Source: an uncultured Actinomycetota bacterium (GTDB lineage: Bacteria > Actinomycetota > Actinomycetes > JAHEKZ01). Taken from it: DNA of 64,000 bases. The stretch is from contig CAVSDB010000001.1 in assembly GCA_963726755.1 (NCBI GenBank), positions 1,221,668 to 1,285,667 of the forward strand, read 5' to 3'. The position numbers and the translations under genes are program-made. The notes under the pieces are model-generated. The model saw nothing but the letters and a program-made list of their open reading frames with translations, was not told where the DNA came from and did not search any database. Below, piece by piece: positions 20,464 to 28,645 of the stretch (position 1 is the first letter of the stretch; every line of letters begins with the position of its first letter).

Positions 20464-21378
20464 TCAGGCGTGGCTTGGAAATTCGTGGTCGACGTGACCG
20501 ACGGGTTCGAGTTGGAACGTGCAGTGTTCAACGTCAAAGTGGTCGGCCAAGCAATCGCCAAGACGGTCCAGTACAGACGCTCCACCACCGTCCGATAGGG
20601 CCGCGTCGTCTACGACGACATGAACCGACAAGACGGGTAGACCGGACGTGATCGTCCAGACGTGCAGGTCGTGGACACCCACGACACCGGGGGTCTCTAA
20701 CAGATGCCTGCGTACTTCAGACATGTCGACGCCGCGCGGCGTGGCTTCAAGCAGGACGTCGACCGCTTCGCGGAGTAGCGCCCAGGTGCGAGGCAGAATC
20801 ATCAACGCGACAGCGACCGAGGCCACCGCGTCCGCTCGAACCCAGTCCGTCGTGGCGATCACTACCGCCGCGATGATGACGGCAGCTGAGCCCAGCAGAT
20901 CGCCGAGTACCTCGATGTACGCACCCTTGACGTTGAGGCTGACCTTGGCGCCGGAACGTAGTAGGAACAGCGCGACGAGGTTTGCAACCAGACCGATTAG
21001 CGCGAAGACCAGCATGAGGCCGCCCTGGACTTCCGGCTGATCTCGCCATCGCTGGATCGCTTCCCACAAGATGAAGAACGCCACACCGAAGAGCAGCACC
21101 GCGTTGACTACTGCTGCCAGGATTTCCAGGCGGTAGTAACCAAAGGTGCGTTCTTCGGTAGCCGGGCGACTAGCAAACGTCACGGCCAGGACCGCCAGCG
21201 TGATCCCAGCGACGTCGGTGAACATGTGACCAGCGTCGGCCAGAAGGGCAAGGCTGCCCGTGAGTGCGGCTCCGATGATCTCCGCCACGAGCACGACCGA
21301 GGTAATCCCAAGGACCGTCAACAGCCGGCTGCGATGCAGGCCGCCCGCGCTCAGTCCATGACCGTGCCCATGCCCCAC
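20464..21378 (-). CDS. Cation diffusion facilitator transporter (CzcD/ZitB-like)
   Basis: A His-rich N-terminus (MGHGHGHG), the TM2 motif LLADAGHMFTD, and the C-terminal domain HDLHVWTITSG. Confidence 0.9.
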   Translation of the reverse strand: MGHGHGHGLSAGGLHRSRLLTVLGITSVVLVAEIIGAALTGSLALLADAGHMFTDVAGITLAVLAVTFASRPATEERTFGYYRLEILAAVVNAVLLFGVAFFILWEAIQRWRDQPEVQGGLMLVFALIGLVANLVALFLLRSGAKVSLNVKGAYIEVLGDLLGSAAVIIAAVVIATTDWVRADAVASVAVALMILPRTWALLREAVDVLLEATPRGVDMSEVRRHLLETPGVVGVHDLHVWTITSGLPVLSVHVVVDDAALSDGGGASVLDRLGDCLADHFDVEHCTFQLEPVGHVDHEFPSHA

Positions 21379-21428
21379 GACGTACGCCTCCCTGAATGCG
21401 CCAGTATCCCAGGATTGCGGAAATTAGC

Positions 21429-21444
21429 GGTCGCTATAGCGACC
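21429..21444. promoter_or_regulatory. Perfect 16-bp palindrome GGTCGCTATAGCGACC in the divergent CDF/membrane-protein promoter region (candidate operator)
   Basis: Read directly from the sequence. It lies 51 nt upstream of the CDF start (21378) and 31 nt upstream of the 21475 start. Confidence 0.3.
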
Positions 21445-21474
21445 ACTCGCTACCGCAATACGTAGGATGACGGC

Positions 21475-22050
21475 ATGACTGAGCCGGGCTCGGTACCCCA
21501 ATCGTCGTCAGCGCCGAACCGCGCCGGGACATGGCTGGCCGGTGCGGTCCTCATTGGCTGTCTGGTGTCGCTGCTCCTGGGGTTGTTCGCCAAGTATCAC
21601 GACCCTTCACACGAGCCCATCACGACGCTGGGGTTCCCAAGCCTGGTCCAGATGAAGGTCTGGCTCGCCGTGATCGCCGGGGTCTTCGCCCTCGTGCAGG
21701 TGGTCACCGCCTTTGGGATGTACGGCAAGTTGGGGTCGGTAAAACCGTCAAAGGGAATGGCGATCACTCACCGCGCCTCGGGCGTCATCGCAGTCATCGT
21801 GAGCCTGCCCGTGGCGATCAGTTGCCTCTGGGTTCTCGGCTATCAGGACTACAGCAATCGAGTGATCGCTCATTCAATATTGGGATGCCTGTTTTACGGC
21901 GCCTTCGTTGCCAAGATGCTCGGGTTGAAGATCAAAGGGCTTCCCGGCTGGGCTATCCCGGTACTCGGTGGGGTGACCTTTGCGATCCTCGTCGGGGTGC
22001 TGGTCACCTCGGCTTTCTGGTGGCTCAGCAATGGCCAACCGATCTACTAA
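21475..22050 (+). CDS. Integral membrane protein (DUF6529-like)
   Basis: 191 aa with 5 predicted TM helices. KVWLAVIAGVFALVQVVTAFGMYGKL resembles the DUF6529 pattern from memory. Confidence 0.5.
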   Translation: MTEPGSVPQSSSAPNRAGTWLAGAVLIGCLVSLLLGLFAKYHDPSHEPITTLGFPSLVQMKVWLAVIAGVFALVQVVTAFGMYGKLGSVKPSKGMAITHRASGVIAVIVSLPVAISCLWVLGYQDYSNRVIAHSILGCLFYGAFVAKMLGLKIKGLPGWAIPVLGGVTFAILVGVLVTSAFWWLSNGQPIY

Positions 22051-22166
22051 CTCCTGATGTGGGAACGGCTGGAAAGCGCAAAAGTGTCCAGAGGTAGGTT
22101 GGCCTGGCACCAGCACAGATTTCGACCATCCAACGGGCCGCGTGGCCCACAGATTGCGGGGCGAAC

Positions 22167-22601
22167 GTGACCAACGAAATAGACGAGATGGGTCCCATCG
22201 ACTACGTCATTGTCGAGTTTCCAAGAAGCAACTTCACTGGCGAGGCCATGCCACTGCTCGTGGATCTTGTCGACCAGGGGATCATCCGGATCCTCGACTT
22301 GCTGTTTGTAGCCAAGGAAGACGATGGATCGGTCGTCGTCATGGACATCGCGGACTTCGACGGGGACGGCACCTTGGACCTGGCCATCTTTGAGGGCGCC
22401 GCTTCCGGAATGCTCGACCAAAGCGACGTCGACGAAGCGACGTCGATTCTCGAGCCTGGGACTGCTGCAGCAATCCTGGTCTACGAAAACACCTGGGCCG
22501 GACCGTTCGCGGCAGCCGTTCGTCGCGCCGGTGGTCAACTCGTCGCCAGCGGACGAATTCCGGTTCAAGCGGTCATCGCCGCCGTTGAAGCACTCGACTA
22601 G
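22167..22601 (+). CDS. DUF6325-like protein
   Basis: MGPIDYVIVEFPRSNFTGEAMPLLVDLVDQGIIRILDLLFVAKEDDGSV...ILVYENTWAGPFAAAVRRAGGQLVASGRIP. An alternative start is ATG 22188. Confidence 0.6.
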   Translation: MTNEIDEMGPIDYVIVEFPRSNFTGEAMPLLVDLVDQGIIRILDLLFVAKEDDGSVVVMDIADFDGDGTLDLAIFEGAASGMLDQSDVDEATSILEPGTAAAILVYENTWAGPFAAAVRRAGGQLVASGRIPVQAVIAAVEALD

Positions 22602-22634
22602 TCCCGACTTCACAACTTCCGAGAAGGAGTACTC

Positions 22635-22910
22635 ATGCCTGGATTGATTCGAGGCGTTGCGCGTACCGCAGTCATCGCCGGTACCGCAACGCATGTGTCT
22701 AACAATGTTTCGCGACGTCAAGCTGGCAAGTGGGCGGAGCAGGACGCTCAGCAGCAGCCCGAGCAGGCCGCACCACCCGCCGCCGCACCTGCAGCATCAG
22801 GGACCGACGACAAGCTCGGTCAGCTTAAGGAACTGGGCGCACTTCGTGACTCTGGCGTGCTGACGCAGGAAGAGTTCGACGCGCAGAAGGCCAAGATTCT
22901 CGCTACCTAG
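22635..22910 (+). CDS. SHOCT-domain protein
   Basis: The C-terminal LKELGALRDSGVLTQEEFDAQKAKIL is the SHOCT motif. The middle of the protein is Gln/Pro/Ala-rich. Confidence 0.7.
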   Translation: MPGLIRGVARTAVIAGTATHVSNNVSRRQAGKWAEQDAQQQPEQAAPPAAAPAASGTDDKLGQLKELGALRDSGVLTQEEFDAQKAKILAT

Positions 22911-22934
22911 AGCCGGCCACTCACAAAATCGGAT

Positions 22935-22982
22935 AGTTGCTAGACGGGGCGGGCGCTATAGCGCCCGCCCCGTCTAGCAACT
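22935..22982. terminator. Bidirectional intrinsic terminator hairpin (22-bp perfect stem, TATA loop)
   Basis: aGTTGCTAGACGGGGCGGGCGC-TATA-GCGCCCGCCCCGTCTAGCAACt lies between the convergent SHOCT gene (ends 22910) and the gcvT-like gene (ends 23003). On the minus strand it is followed by ATCCGATTTTG. Confidence 0.7.
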
Positions 22983-23002
22983 CGAAGATTGGTGAGACGT
23001 CG

Positions 23003-24094
23003 TTAGCTGCGGGGCTTGCGCTTGTCGGGGTCGTGGATCGACAGGTGCGTCACCGTCGCTGGCTCAGATCCACCGGGCACCTCGACGTCGAGGATGGTGC
23101 CGTCGTCCGAGACACCGGTCTTGATAACTGCCAGTGCGATCGGCCCGAAGTCAGGGGTCCCTGTTGGGCTGGTGACTGTTCCGACCGGCTCGCCGTCCTT
23201 GAGGACGGCCGCGCCAGCCTCCGGCACGACGTCCCCGTGCATCTGAAGGGTCTTCAGTCGGTTGGGCGGAGCAGCGGCCTGCGCTTGCAGAACCGGCTTT
23301 GCAACGTAGTCGACGTCAAACGAAATCATCTTGTCGAGCGAGACGTCGAACGGCGAGGTCTTACCGACGAAGTAGTCGGTCTCGATGATGATCAGGCCCG
23401 ACTCGATCCGCGCAATCTGCACCGCGTCAGTGCCGACAGGTGTGACGCCGGAGTCCACAAGCTTCAGCCACAACTGCTCAGCATCTTCTGGGCGTGGGAT
23501 CAGTTCGAAGCCCAATTCGCCAGAGAACCCGGTACGCGACACTCGGACCGGAACTCCACCAAGGGGCACCGGGTCAGACCAGAACCGGAAGTACCGCAGG
23601 TCCGACAGGTTCGCCTCGGTCAGCCCTTGCAGAATCTCTCGCGACTTTGGTCCTTGGATCGACATGACCGGCATCTGATGCGTCCGGTTCTCGATCGAGT
23701 AGGCCAAGTCCCCTGCTTCATTTGCCAATTCTCCGGCAAAATCGGGCGAGTTCGTCAGGACCCAGAAGTGATCCGAGGCCACCTTGAAGACGGTTCCGTC
23801 ATCAATCATCAACCCGTCGGCGGCACAGATAGCCCCGTATCGCACCTGACCGTCCTGCAACGTCGAAAGGTTTGCGGTGAACAATCGCTGAGCCGCGCGC
23901 GCGGCGTCCGGACCGGTGATGTCCCACTTCTGCAGCGCAAAGACGTCCCACATTGAGGCGGTTTCTCGGATCGCTTGGAACTCAGCTGCGGTGTCTCCGA
24001 AGTTGTCGCTCCAGAACCAGCCGCCGTCCTCTTCGGTGAAGGTGGCACCGTGCTTTTCCTGGATTGCATGAATGGGCGATCGGTTATCAACCAT
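23003..24094 (-). CDS. GcvT-family aminomethyltransferase-like protein (paralogue 1)
   Basis: 363 aa reading RTGFSGELGFELI, ARIESGLI and a C-terminal barrel domain. The start overlaps the upstream oxidoreductase stop by 8 nt. Confidence 0.85.
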   Translation of the reverse strand: MVDNRSPIHAIQEKHGATFTEEDGGWFWSDNFGDTAAEFQAIRETASMWDVFALQKWDITGPDAARAAQRLFTANLSTLQDGQVRYGAICAADGLMIDDGTVFKVASDHFWVLTNSPDFAGELANEAGDLAYSIENRTHQMPVMSIQGPKSREILQGLTEANLSDLRYFRFWSDPVPLGGVPVRVSRTGFSGELGFELIPRPEDAEQLWLKLVDSGVTPVGTDAVQIARIESGLIIIETDYFVGKTSPFDVSLDKMISFDVDYVAKPVLQAQAAAPPNRLKTLQMHGDVVPEAGAAVLKDGEPVGTVTSPTGTPDFGPIALAVIKTGVSDDGTILDVEVPGGSEPATVTHLSIHDPDKRKPRS

Positions 24095-25733
24095 TCTTCT
24101 TCCCCATCCTCTTAGCCAGACCCTTCACGCCACCCTTGGCGTCGTGCAGTGCCGCGCGAGAAGCCTGGTAGCCAGGAATGCCGCAGACTCCGCCGCCCGC
24201 GTGGGTGGCCGAACTGGCGTTGTACAACCCCTGAATTGGTGTTCGGTAGTCGGCATAGCCAGGTGCAGGACGCATATGGAACAACTGCTCGAGCGACAGT
24301 TCGCCATGGAAGATGTTGCCACCGATCAAGCCATACTCGTGCTCCATCTCGTACGAACTGACGACGTCACGGTGAATGATCGACGACTTAAAGTTCGGTG
24401 CGAGGTCGTTGTAAAGATCGATGAGTCGGTCTGCGTACGCGTCGAGTTCCTCGGTGTGCGGTTCGTTCGCCCACTCATGCGGTACCCACTGGGTGTACAT
24501 CGACATGATGTGCGTGCCCTCTGGCGACAACGTCTTATCGAACGTCGTGGGAATGACCGTGTCAGAGAACGGCTTGGTCGCAGCCTTGCCGTTGCGGGCC
24601 TCTTGGAAGGCCTCTTCCATGTACTGCATCGTTGGCGCCATGGCGACGGTCCCAGTGTGGTGCTCTTGCTGATTGCTTCCTGGGTCGGCGATGAAGTCAG
24701 GCAGTTCCGACAGCGCCAGGTTCACCTTGACCACGCCGCTGCGGGTCTTCCAACGCTCGATGTCGGTGACAAACTCCGACGGCAGGTCGTGGGCGTCGAG
24801 CTGGTCCAAGAATGCGGTCTTTGGGTGCAACGAGGTGACGACGATCGGTGCATGAATCTCGTCGCCGTTCTCAAGCGCGATCCCCGTCGCACGACCATCG
24901 CTGACAAGCACCCGCGAGACCCGTGAGTCCGTGCGGATGTTGACGCCAAACTCCAGTGCGGACTTCTTGAAGCAGTCCGCGACGGCACCCATGCCACCCT
25001 CAGGGAACCCCCAGCTTCCGAGGTGACCGTCACCCACATCGCCGATCGAGTGGTGCGCCATCACGTACGCAGTGCCGGGCTCGTACGGACCTGCCCAGGT
25101 ACCGATGATGCCGTTGATCGCGAGCGAACCCTTGACCTGTGGCGATTCGAACCAGTCGTCAAGCAGGTCGCCGATACTCATCGCCATCAAGCGGGTGACG
25201 TCGCCGACCGTTCGCACGTTCATGCCACGCTTGCTCCACGTAAGCATGAGCAACTTCGCCAGCTCACGGGGATTCTTCGAGCCAACGTTCGGCGGGACCT
25301 GCATCAGCAGCGGACCAAGTACGTCCGCGAGGCCGCCCAACCACGCGTCCCACTGCGGCATCGCGTCGGCGTCTTTCTTCGACCACTTCGAGATGGCCTC
25401 GTGGTTGCGCTTGGCGTCGTCTGCGAAAAGCGAGATCGAACCACCCTCGGGGAACGCCTGGTAGTACGGACCCATCGGGTGCACTTTGTAGCCGTGCCGG
25501 TCCATGCTGAGGTCGCGGCGAATCGTGGGTGGCAGCAGACTCATGACGTACGACAGTCGCGTCACCTTGAACTCCGGAGCATCCGGCCAAGGCGAGTCAG
25601 TAGTGGCCGCGCCACCGGTCTTGTGCCGAGCCTCGAGCACCACGACCTTCAGGCCGGCTCGAGCCAGATAGGCCGAGGCGACCAAACCGTTGTGACCGCC
25701 GCCGACGACGATTGCGTCGTATTGCTCTGCCAT
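24087..25733 (-). CDS. NAD(P)/FAD-dependent oxidoreductase, phytoene-desaturase (CrtI)-like
   Basis: The N-terminal dinucleotide fold is YDAIVVGGGHNGLVASAYLARAGLKVVVLEARHKTGGAA, and the C-terminal flavin motif is ATHAGGGVCGIPG. 548 aa. Confidence 0.85.
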   Translation of the reverse strand: MAEQYDAIVVGGGHNGLVASAYLARAGLKVVVLEARHKTGGAATTDSPWPDAPEFKVTRLSYVMSLLPPTIRRDLSMDRHGYKVHPMGPYYQAFPEGGSISLFADDAKRNHEAISKWSKKDADAMPQWDAWLGGLADVLGPLLMQVPPNVGSKNPRELAKLLMLTWSKRGMNVRTVGDVTRLMAMSIGDLLDDWFESPQVKGSLAINGIIGTWAGPYEPGTAYVMAHHSIGDVGDGHLGSWGFPEGGMGAVADCFKKSALEFGVNIRTDSRVSRVLVSDGRATGIALENGDEIHAPIVVTSLHPKTAFLDQLDAHDLPSEFVTDIERWKTRSGVVKVNLALSELPDFIADPGSNQQEHHTGTVAMAPTMQYMEEAFQEARNGKAATKPFSDTVIPTTFDKTLSPEGTHIMSMYTQWVPHEWANEPHTEELDAYADRLIDLYNDLAPNFKSSIIHRDVVSSYEMEHEYGLIGGNIFHGELSLEQLFHMRPAPGYADYRTPIQGLYNASSATHAGGGVCGIPGYQASRAALHDAKGGVKGLAKRMGKKNG

Positions 25734-25839
25734 CAGAACTCCCTTTTCGGACGCACCACGAGCGCGCCTTGACTTTTGTCGACCTCATCACGCCGAGCGG
25801 CTAGCCGCTACCGCTTCGGCAATCTCACTAAGACCTGGC

Positions 25840-26610
25840 TCAGACCCCCACCTCTACAAGTTCGCGAGCTTCGTTCAGATACGTGGACAGTCGTGCTGGA
25901 TCTTGCAGCAATCCGCGCATGACGAACTTTGCGGCGTCCTCAGTGAGCAGCGGCGGGCGTCCTGGCCTCTGGTGGTGAGACGAACGCACGAACTCCCAGC
26001 TCAACGTGTCCAGGATGGTCGGTACGTAGGGCACTGCATCGGCCCGGAATTCGTTGGCCGCCAATCCCTGACTCAAGATCTGCTCTATCGCCTGCTGCCA
26101 ACGAGCCAAGTCGGCCTGGAAGGCAGCCAGGGCAGGCATCGCCACCAAGTCTTCGTGCAGGCCGCGCAGGTCGAGGGGCATCTGTTGGTACCAGGACCAG
26201 TCCCACAGTGCGTAGCGGAGCAGCCTCACCGCTGGACTCTCACCACCCGCAGCCATCTGTTCGGCGTTGTCTGCCGGCACCGTCAAGTCGAAGAAGAGCA
26301 GTTCTTCAAGGATCGCCTGCTTGGACGAGAAGTGGTTGAACAGTGACGGTTGCCGGATCCCTACCCGATCGGCGATATCACGGGTAGTCGCGCCGTGATA
26401 ACCACGACTGGCCATCAACAGCGATGCCTCGTAAAGGATTCGATCGCGCGTCGGCCAGGTCTCGACGCGCTGATGGCGCAGCGCAACGAGATGCTCAACC
26501 TTCTCGTTCGAAGACGTATTAACTCCTGGGTTTGAGTTTTTGCGGGTCGTGGATCGACAGGTCAGACACGAACGCGCGGGCCTTACGGCCGCCGTCCTCG
26601 CCGAGCGCAA
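25840..26610 (-). CDS. TetR/AcrR family transcriptional regulator (5' end uncertain)
   Basis: The HTH is RDRILYEASLLMASRGYHGATTRDIADRVGIRQPSLFNHF. The only canonical in-frame start upstream of the HTH is TTG 26610, which overlaps the upstream gene by 92 nt. Confidence 0.8.
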   Translation of the reverse strand: MRSARTAAVRPARSCLTCRSTTRKNSNPGVNTSSNEKVEHLVALRHQRVETWPTRDRILYEASLLMASRGYHGATTRDIADRVGIRQPSLFNHFSSKQAILEELLFFDLTVPADNAEQMAAGGESPAVRLLRYALWDWSWYQQMPLDLRGLHEDLVAMPALAAFQADLARWQQAIEQILSQGLAANEFRADAVPYVPTILDTLSWEFVRSSHHQRPGRPPLLTEDAAKFVMRGLLQDPARLSTYLNEARELVEVGV

Positions 26611-27625
26611 CGTCCAGGCTCGTGCCGTTGGTCGAGTGCTCTGTGGCTAGTCGGGCAAGTCCGATGGTTCCGAAGGCCGGACTGGCGCAAGGACTGGTCA
26701 CCACGCCAACCTCCACCCCGTCTTTGAACACCGACGCACCGTACTGGGGCACCTCGGACCCGTCGATTCGCAGGGTCTTAAATCGCACCGCTGGCGCCTG
26801 TGCCGCCTTGGACAGATTCTCTCCCCCGACGATCTCAAGCGTCGGGTCAAGCGAAATGACGCCATCGAAAGACAGGTCGAACGGCGAGATCTCTCCGGCC
26901 ACGTAGTCAGCATCGATGACGATCAGACCTGCTTCGATGCGCGCGATCTCGATCGCATCGAGTCCAGCTGGCGTGCCACCGGCTTCGGACAGGGCCCGCC
27001 AGAGCGCAACCGCGTCGTCGCGAGCAGGAATCAGCTCGAATCCCAGCTCGCCAGAGAAGCCGGTACGGAAGATCCAGGTCCGAATACCCGCGATTTCGAT
27101 TTGCTCGGGAAGGAACCGGAAGTATCTGATCTGCGACAGGTCGGTTGACGTCAGTGACTGCAGAGCTTCGCGTGACTTCGGACCCTGCACGGCGATTAGC
27201 GGCATCTCGTGCGTGCGGTTCACCAACTGCACATCGAGGTCGCCGAAGTACGAGGCATTTGCTGCGTCAAAGTCGTCGGCATTCGTCATCACCCAGAGGT
27301 GATCGTCTGACAGTTTGTAGACAGTTCCGTCGTCGGTCATCATTCCGTCGGCATTGACCAGCGCGCCGTAGCGAACCTGACCGACCGCCAGGGTGCTCAG
27401 GTTGTTGCTGAACACCCGTTGGATCGCCTTAACGGCATCTGGTCCGGTGACATCCCACTTCTGCAACGCGTAGACGTCCCACAGGATCACTCCCTCGCGG
27501 ATCGCCTTGAATTCGGCCGGGGCGTCACCGAAGTTGGACGCCCAACTCCACGGGCCGTACTCGACGAAACTGCCGCCCTGCTCGATCTGGACGTCGTACA
27601 GAACTGATCGGTTGGACTCGCTCAT
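26519..27625 (-). CDS. GcvT-family aminomethyltransferase-like protein (paralogue 2)
   Basis: 368 aa, collinear with paralogue 1 by eye. Shared blocks include WDV.ALQKWD.TGPDA, GQVRYGA, NRTH.MP, QGPKSRE, RTGFSGELGFELIP and the C-terminal SIHDP.K.KPRS. Confidence 0.85.
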   Translation of the reverse strand: MSESNRSVLYDVQIEQGGSFVEYGPWSWASNFGDAPAEFKAIREGVILWDVYALQKWDVTGPDAVKAIQRVFSNNLSTLAVGQVRYGALVNADGMMTDDGTVYKLSDDHLWVMTNADDFDAANASYFGDLDVQLVNRTHEMPLIAVQGPKSREALQSLTSTDLSQIRYFRFLPEQIEIAGIRTWIFRTGFSGELGFELIPARDDAVALWRALSEAGGTPAGLDAIEIARIEAGLIVIDADYVAGEISPFDLSFDGVISLDPTLEIVGGENLSKAAQAPAVRFKTLRIDGSEVPQYGASVFKDGVEVGVVTSPCASPAFGTIGLARLATEHSTNGTSLDVALGEDGGRKARAFVSDLSIHDPQKLKPRS

Positions 27626-27648
27626 CGGCCTGGCCCCTGTCGAGAGTG

Positions 27649-27696
27649 GATAAATGATCTTTGTTGCGTAGGATTCGCTGGACTATCATTTGATAG
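27649..27696. promoter_or_regulatory. AT-rich divergent promoter region with dyad motifs (candidate TetR operator)
   Basis: GATAAATGATC (27649..27659) is paired with the 6-2-6 palindrome CTATCAttTGATAG (27683..27696). Both contain ATCATTT in opposite orientation, between the gcvT-like 2 start (27625) and the purU start (27746). Confidence 0.3.
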
Positions 27697-27745
27697 GCTA
27701 GAGGTGAGCGTACGACCCCTGCCCTCCCGACGCAAGGATTTGGCA

Positions 27746-28642
27746 ATGACCGGTAATACCAGCCCGAACGTGTCTCAGTCGGGTCACGGGGACCCCCAGT
27801 ATGTCCTCACGCTGTCCTGCAATGACGTCCCGGGGATCGTCTACGCGGTCTCGAGCTTCCTGGTTCAGCACCACTGCTCGATCGTGGCCAGCCAGCAGTA
27901 CGGCGACACCGACAGCGGACTGTTCTTCATGCGGGTGCAATTCACCTGTGCCGACAACTCAGAGACCCTCGACGGCCTCCAGGAAGACTTCGGCCAACTC
28001 TCCGGCGCGTTCACGATGACCTGGGCGCTTCACTCAAGCCGGGCCAAGCAGCGGGTGCTGCTCATGGTGTCGAAGTTTGGGCACTGTCTGAATGACTTGC
28101 TCTTCCGCCACAGCATCGGCGCCCTCCAGATCGAAATTGCGGCCATCGTTTCGAACCACCGCGACTTCGAGGTGCTCGCTGCCAACCATGACATTGCGTT
28201 CCACCACATTCCGGTCACCGCGGAGACCAAGCCAGTCGCCGAAGCAGCACTGATGGCCCTGGTTGAGGACCTGGAGATCGACCTTGTGGTGCTGGCGCGC
28301 TACATGCAGGTGCTGTCGACCGATCTGTGCAAGCAGTTGGAGGGTCGGGCGATCAACATCCACCACTCGTTCCTGCCCAGTTTCAAGGGCGGCAAGCCGT
28401 ACCACCAGGCGCACGAGCGCGGGGTAAAACTCATCGGCGCCACGGCGCACTACGTGACCTCAGACCTGGACGAAGGTCCGATCATCGAACAAGAAGTCGC
28501 TCGGGTCGATCACTCGTTGACCGCTGACGAACTTGTCGGGGTCGGGCGCGATGTCGAATGCCAGGCGCTGGCCCGGGCGGTGCTGTGGCACTCCGAACAT
28601 CGGGTCTTGTTGAACGGCCACCGCACTGTCGTCTTCCGGTAG
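27746..28642 (+). CDS. purU: Formyltetrahydrofolate deformylase
   Basis: An N-terminal ACT domain (YVLTLSCNDVPGIVYAVSSFLVQHHCSIV) and a formyltransferase core (INIHHSFLPSFKGGKPYHQAHERGVKLIGATAHYVT..LDEGPII). Confidence 0.9.
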   Translation: MTGNTSPNVSQSGHGDPQYVLTLSCNDVPGIVYAVSSFLVQHHCSIVASQQYGDTDSGLFFMRVQFTCADNSETLDGLQEDFGQLSGAFTMTWALHSSRAKQRVLLMVSKFGHCLNDLLFRHSIGALQIEIAAIVSNHRDFEVLAANHDIAFHHIPVTAETKPVAEAALMALVEDLEIDLVVLARYMQVLSTDLCKQLEGRAINIHHSFLPSFKGGKPYHQAHERGVKLIGATAHYVTSDLDEGPIIEQEVARVDHSLTADELVGVGRDVECQALARAVLWHSEHRVLLNGHRTVVFR

Positions 28643-28645
28643 GTG

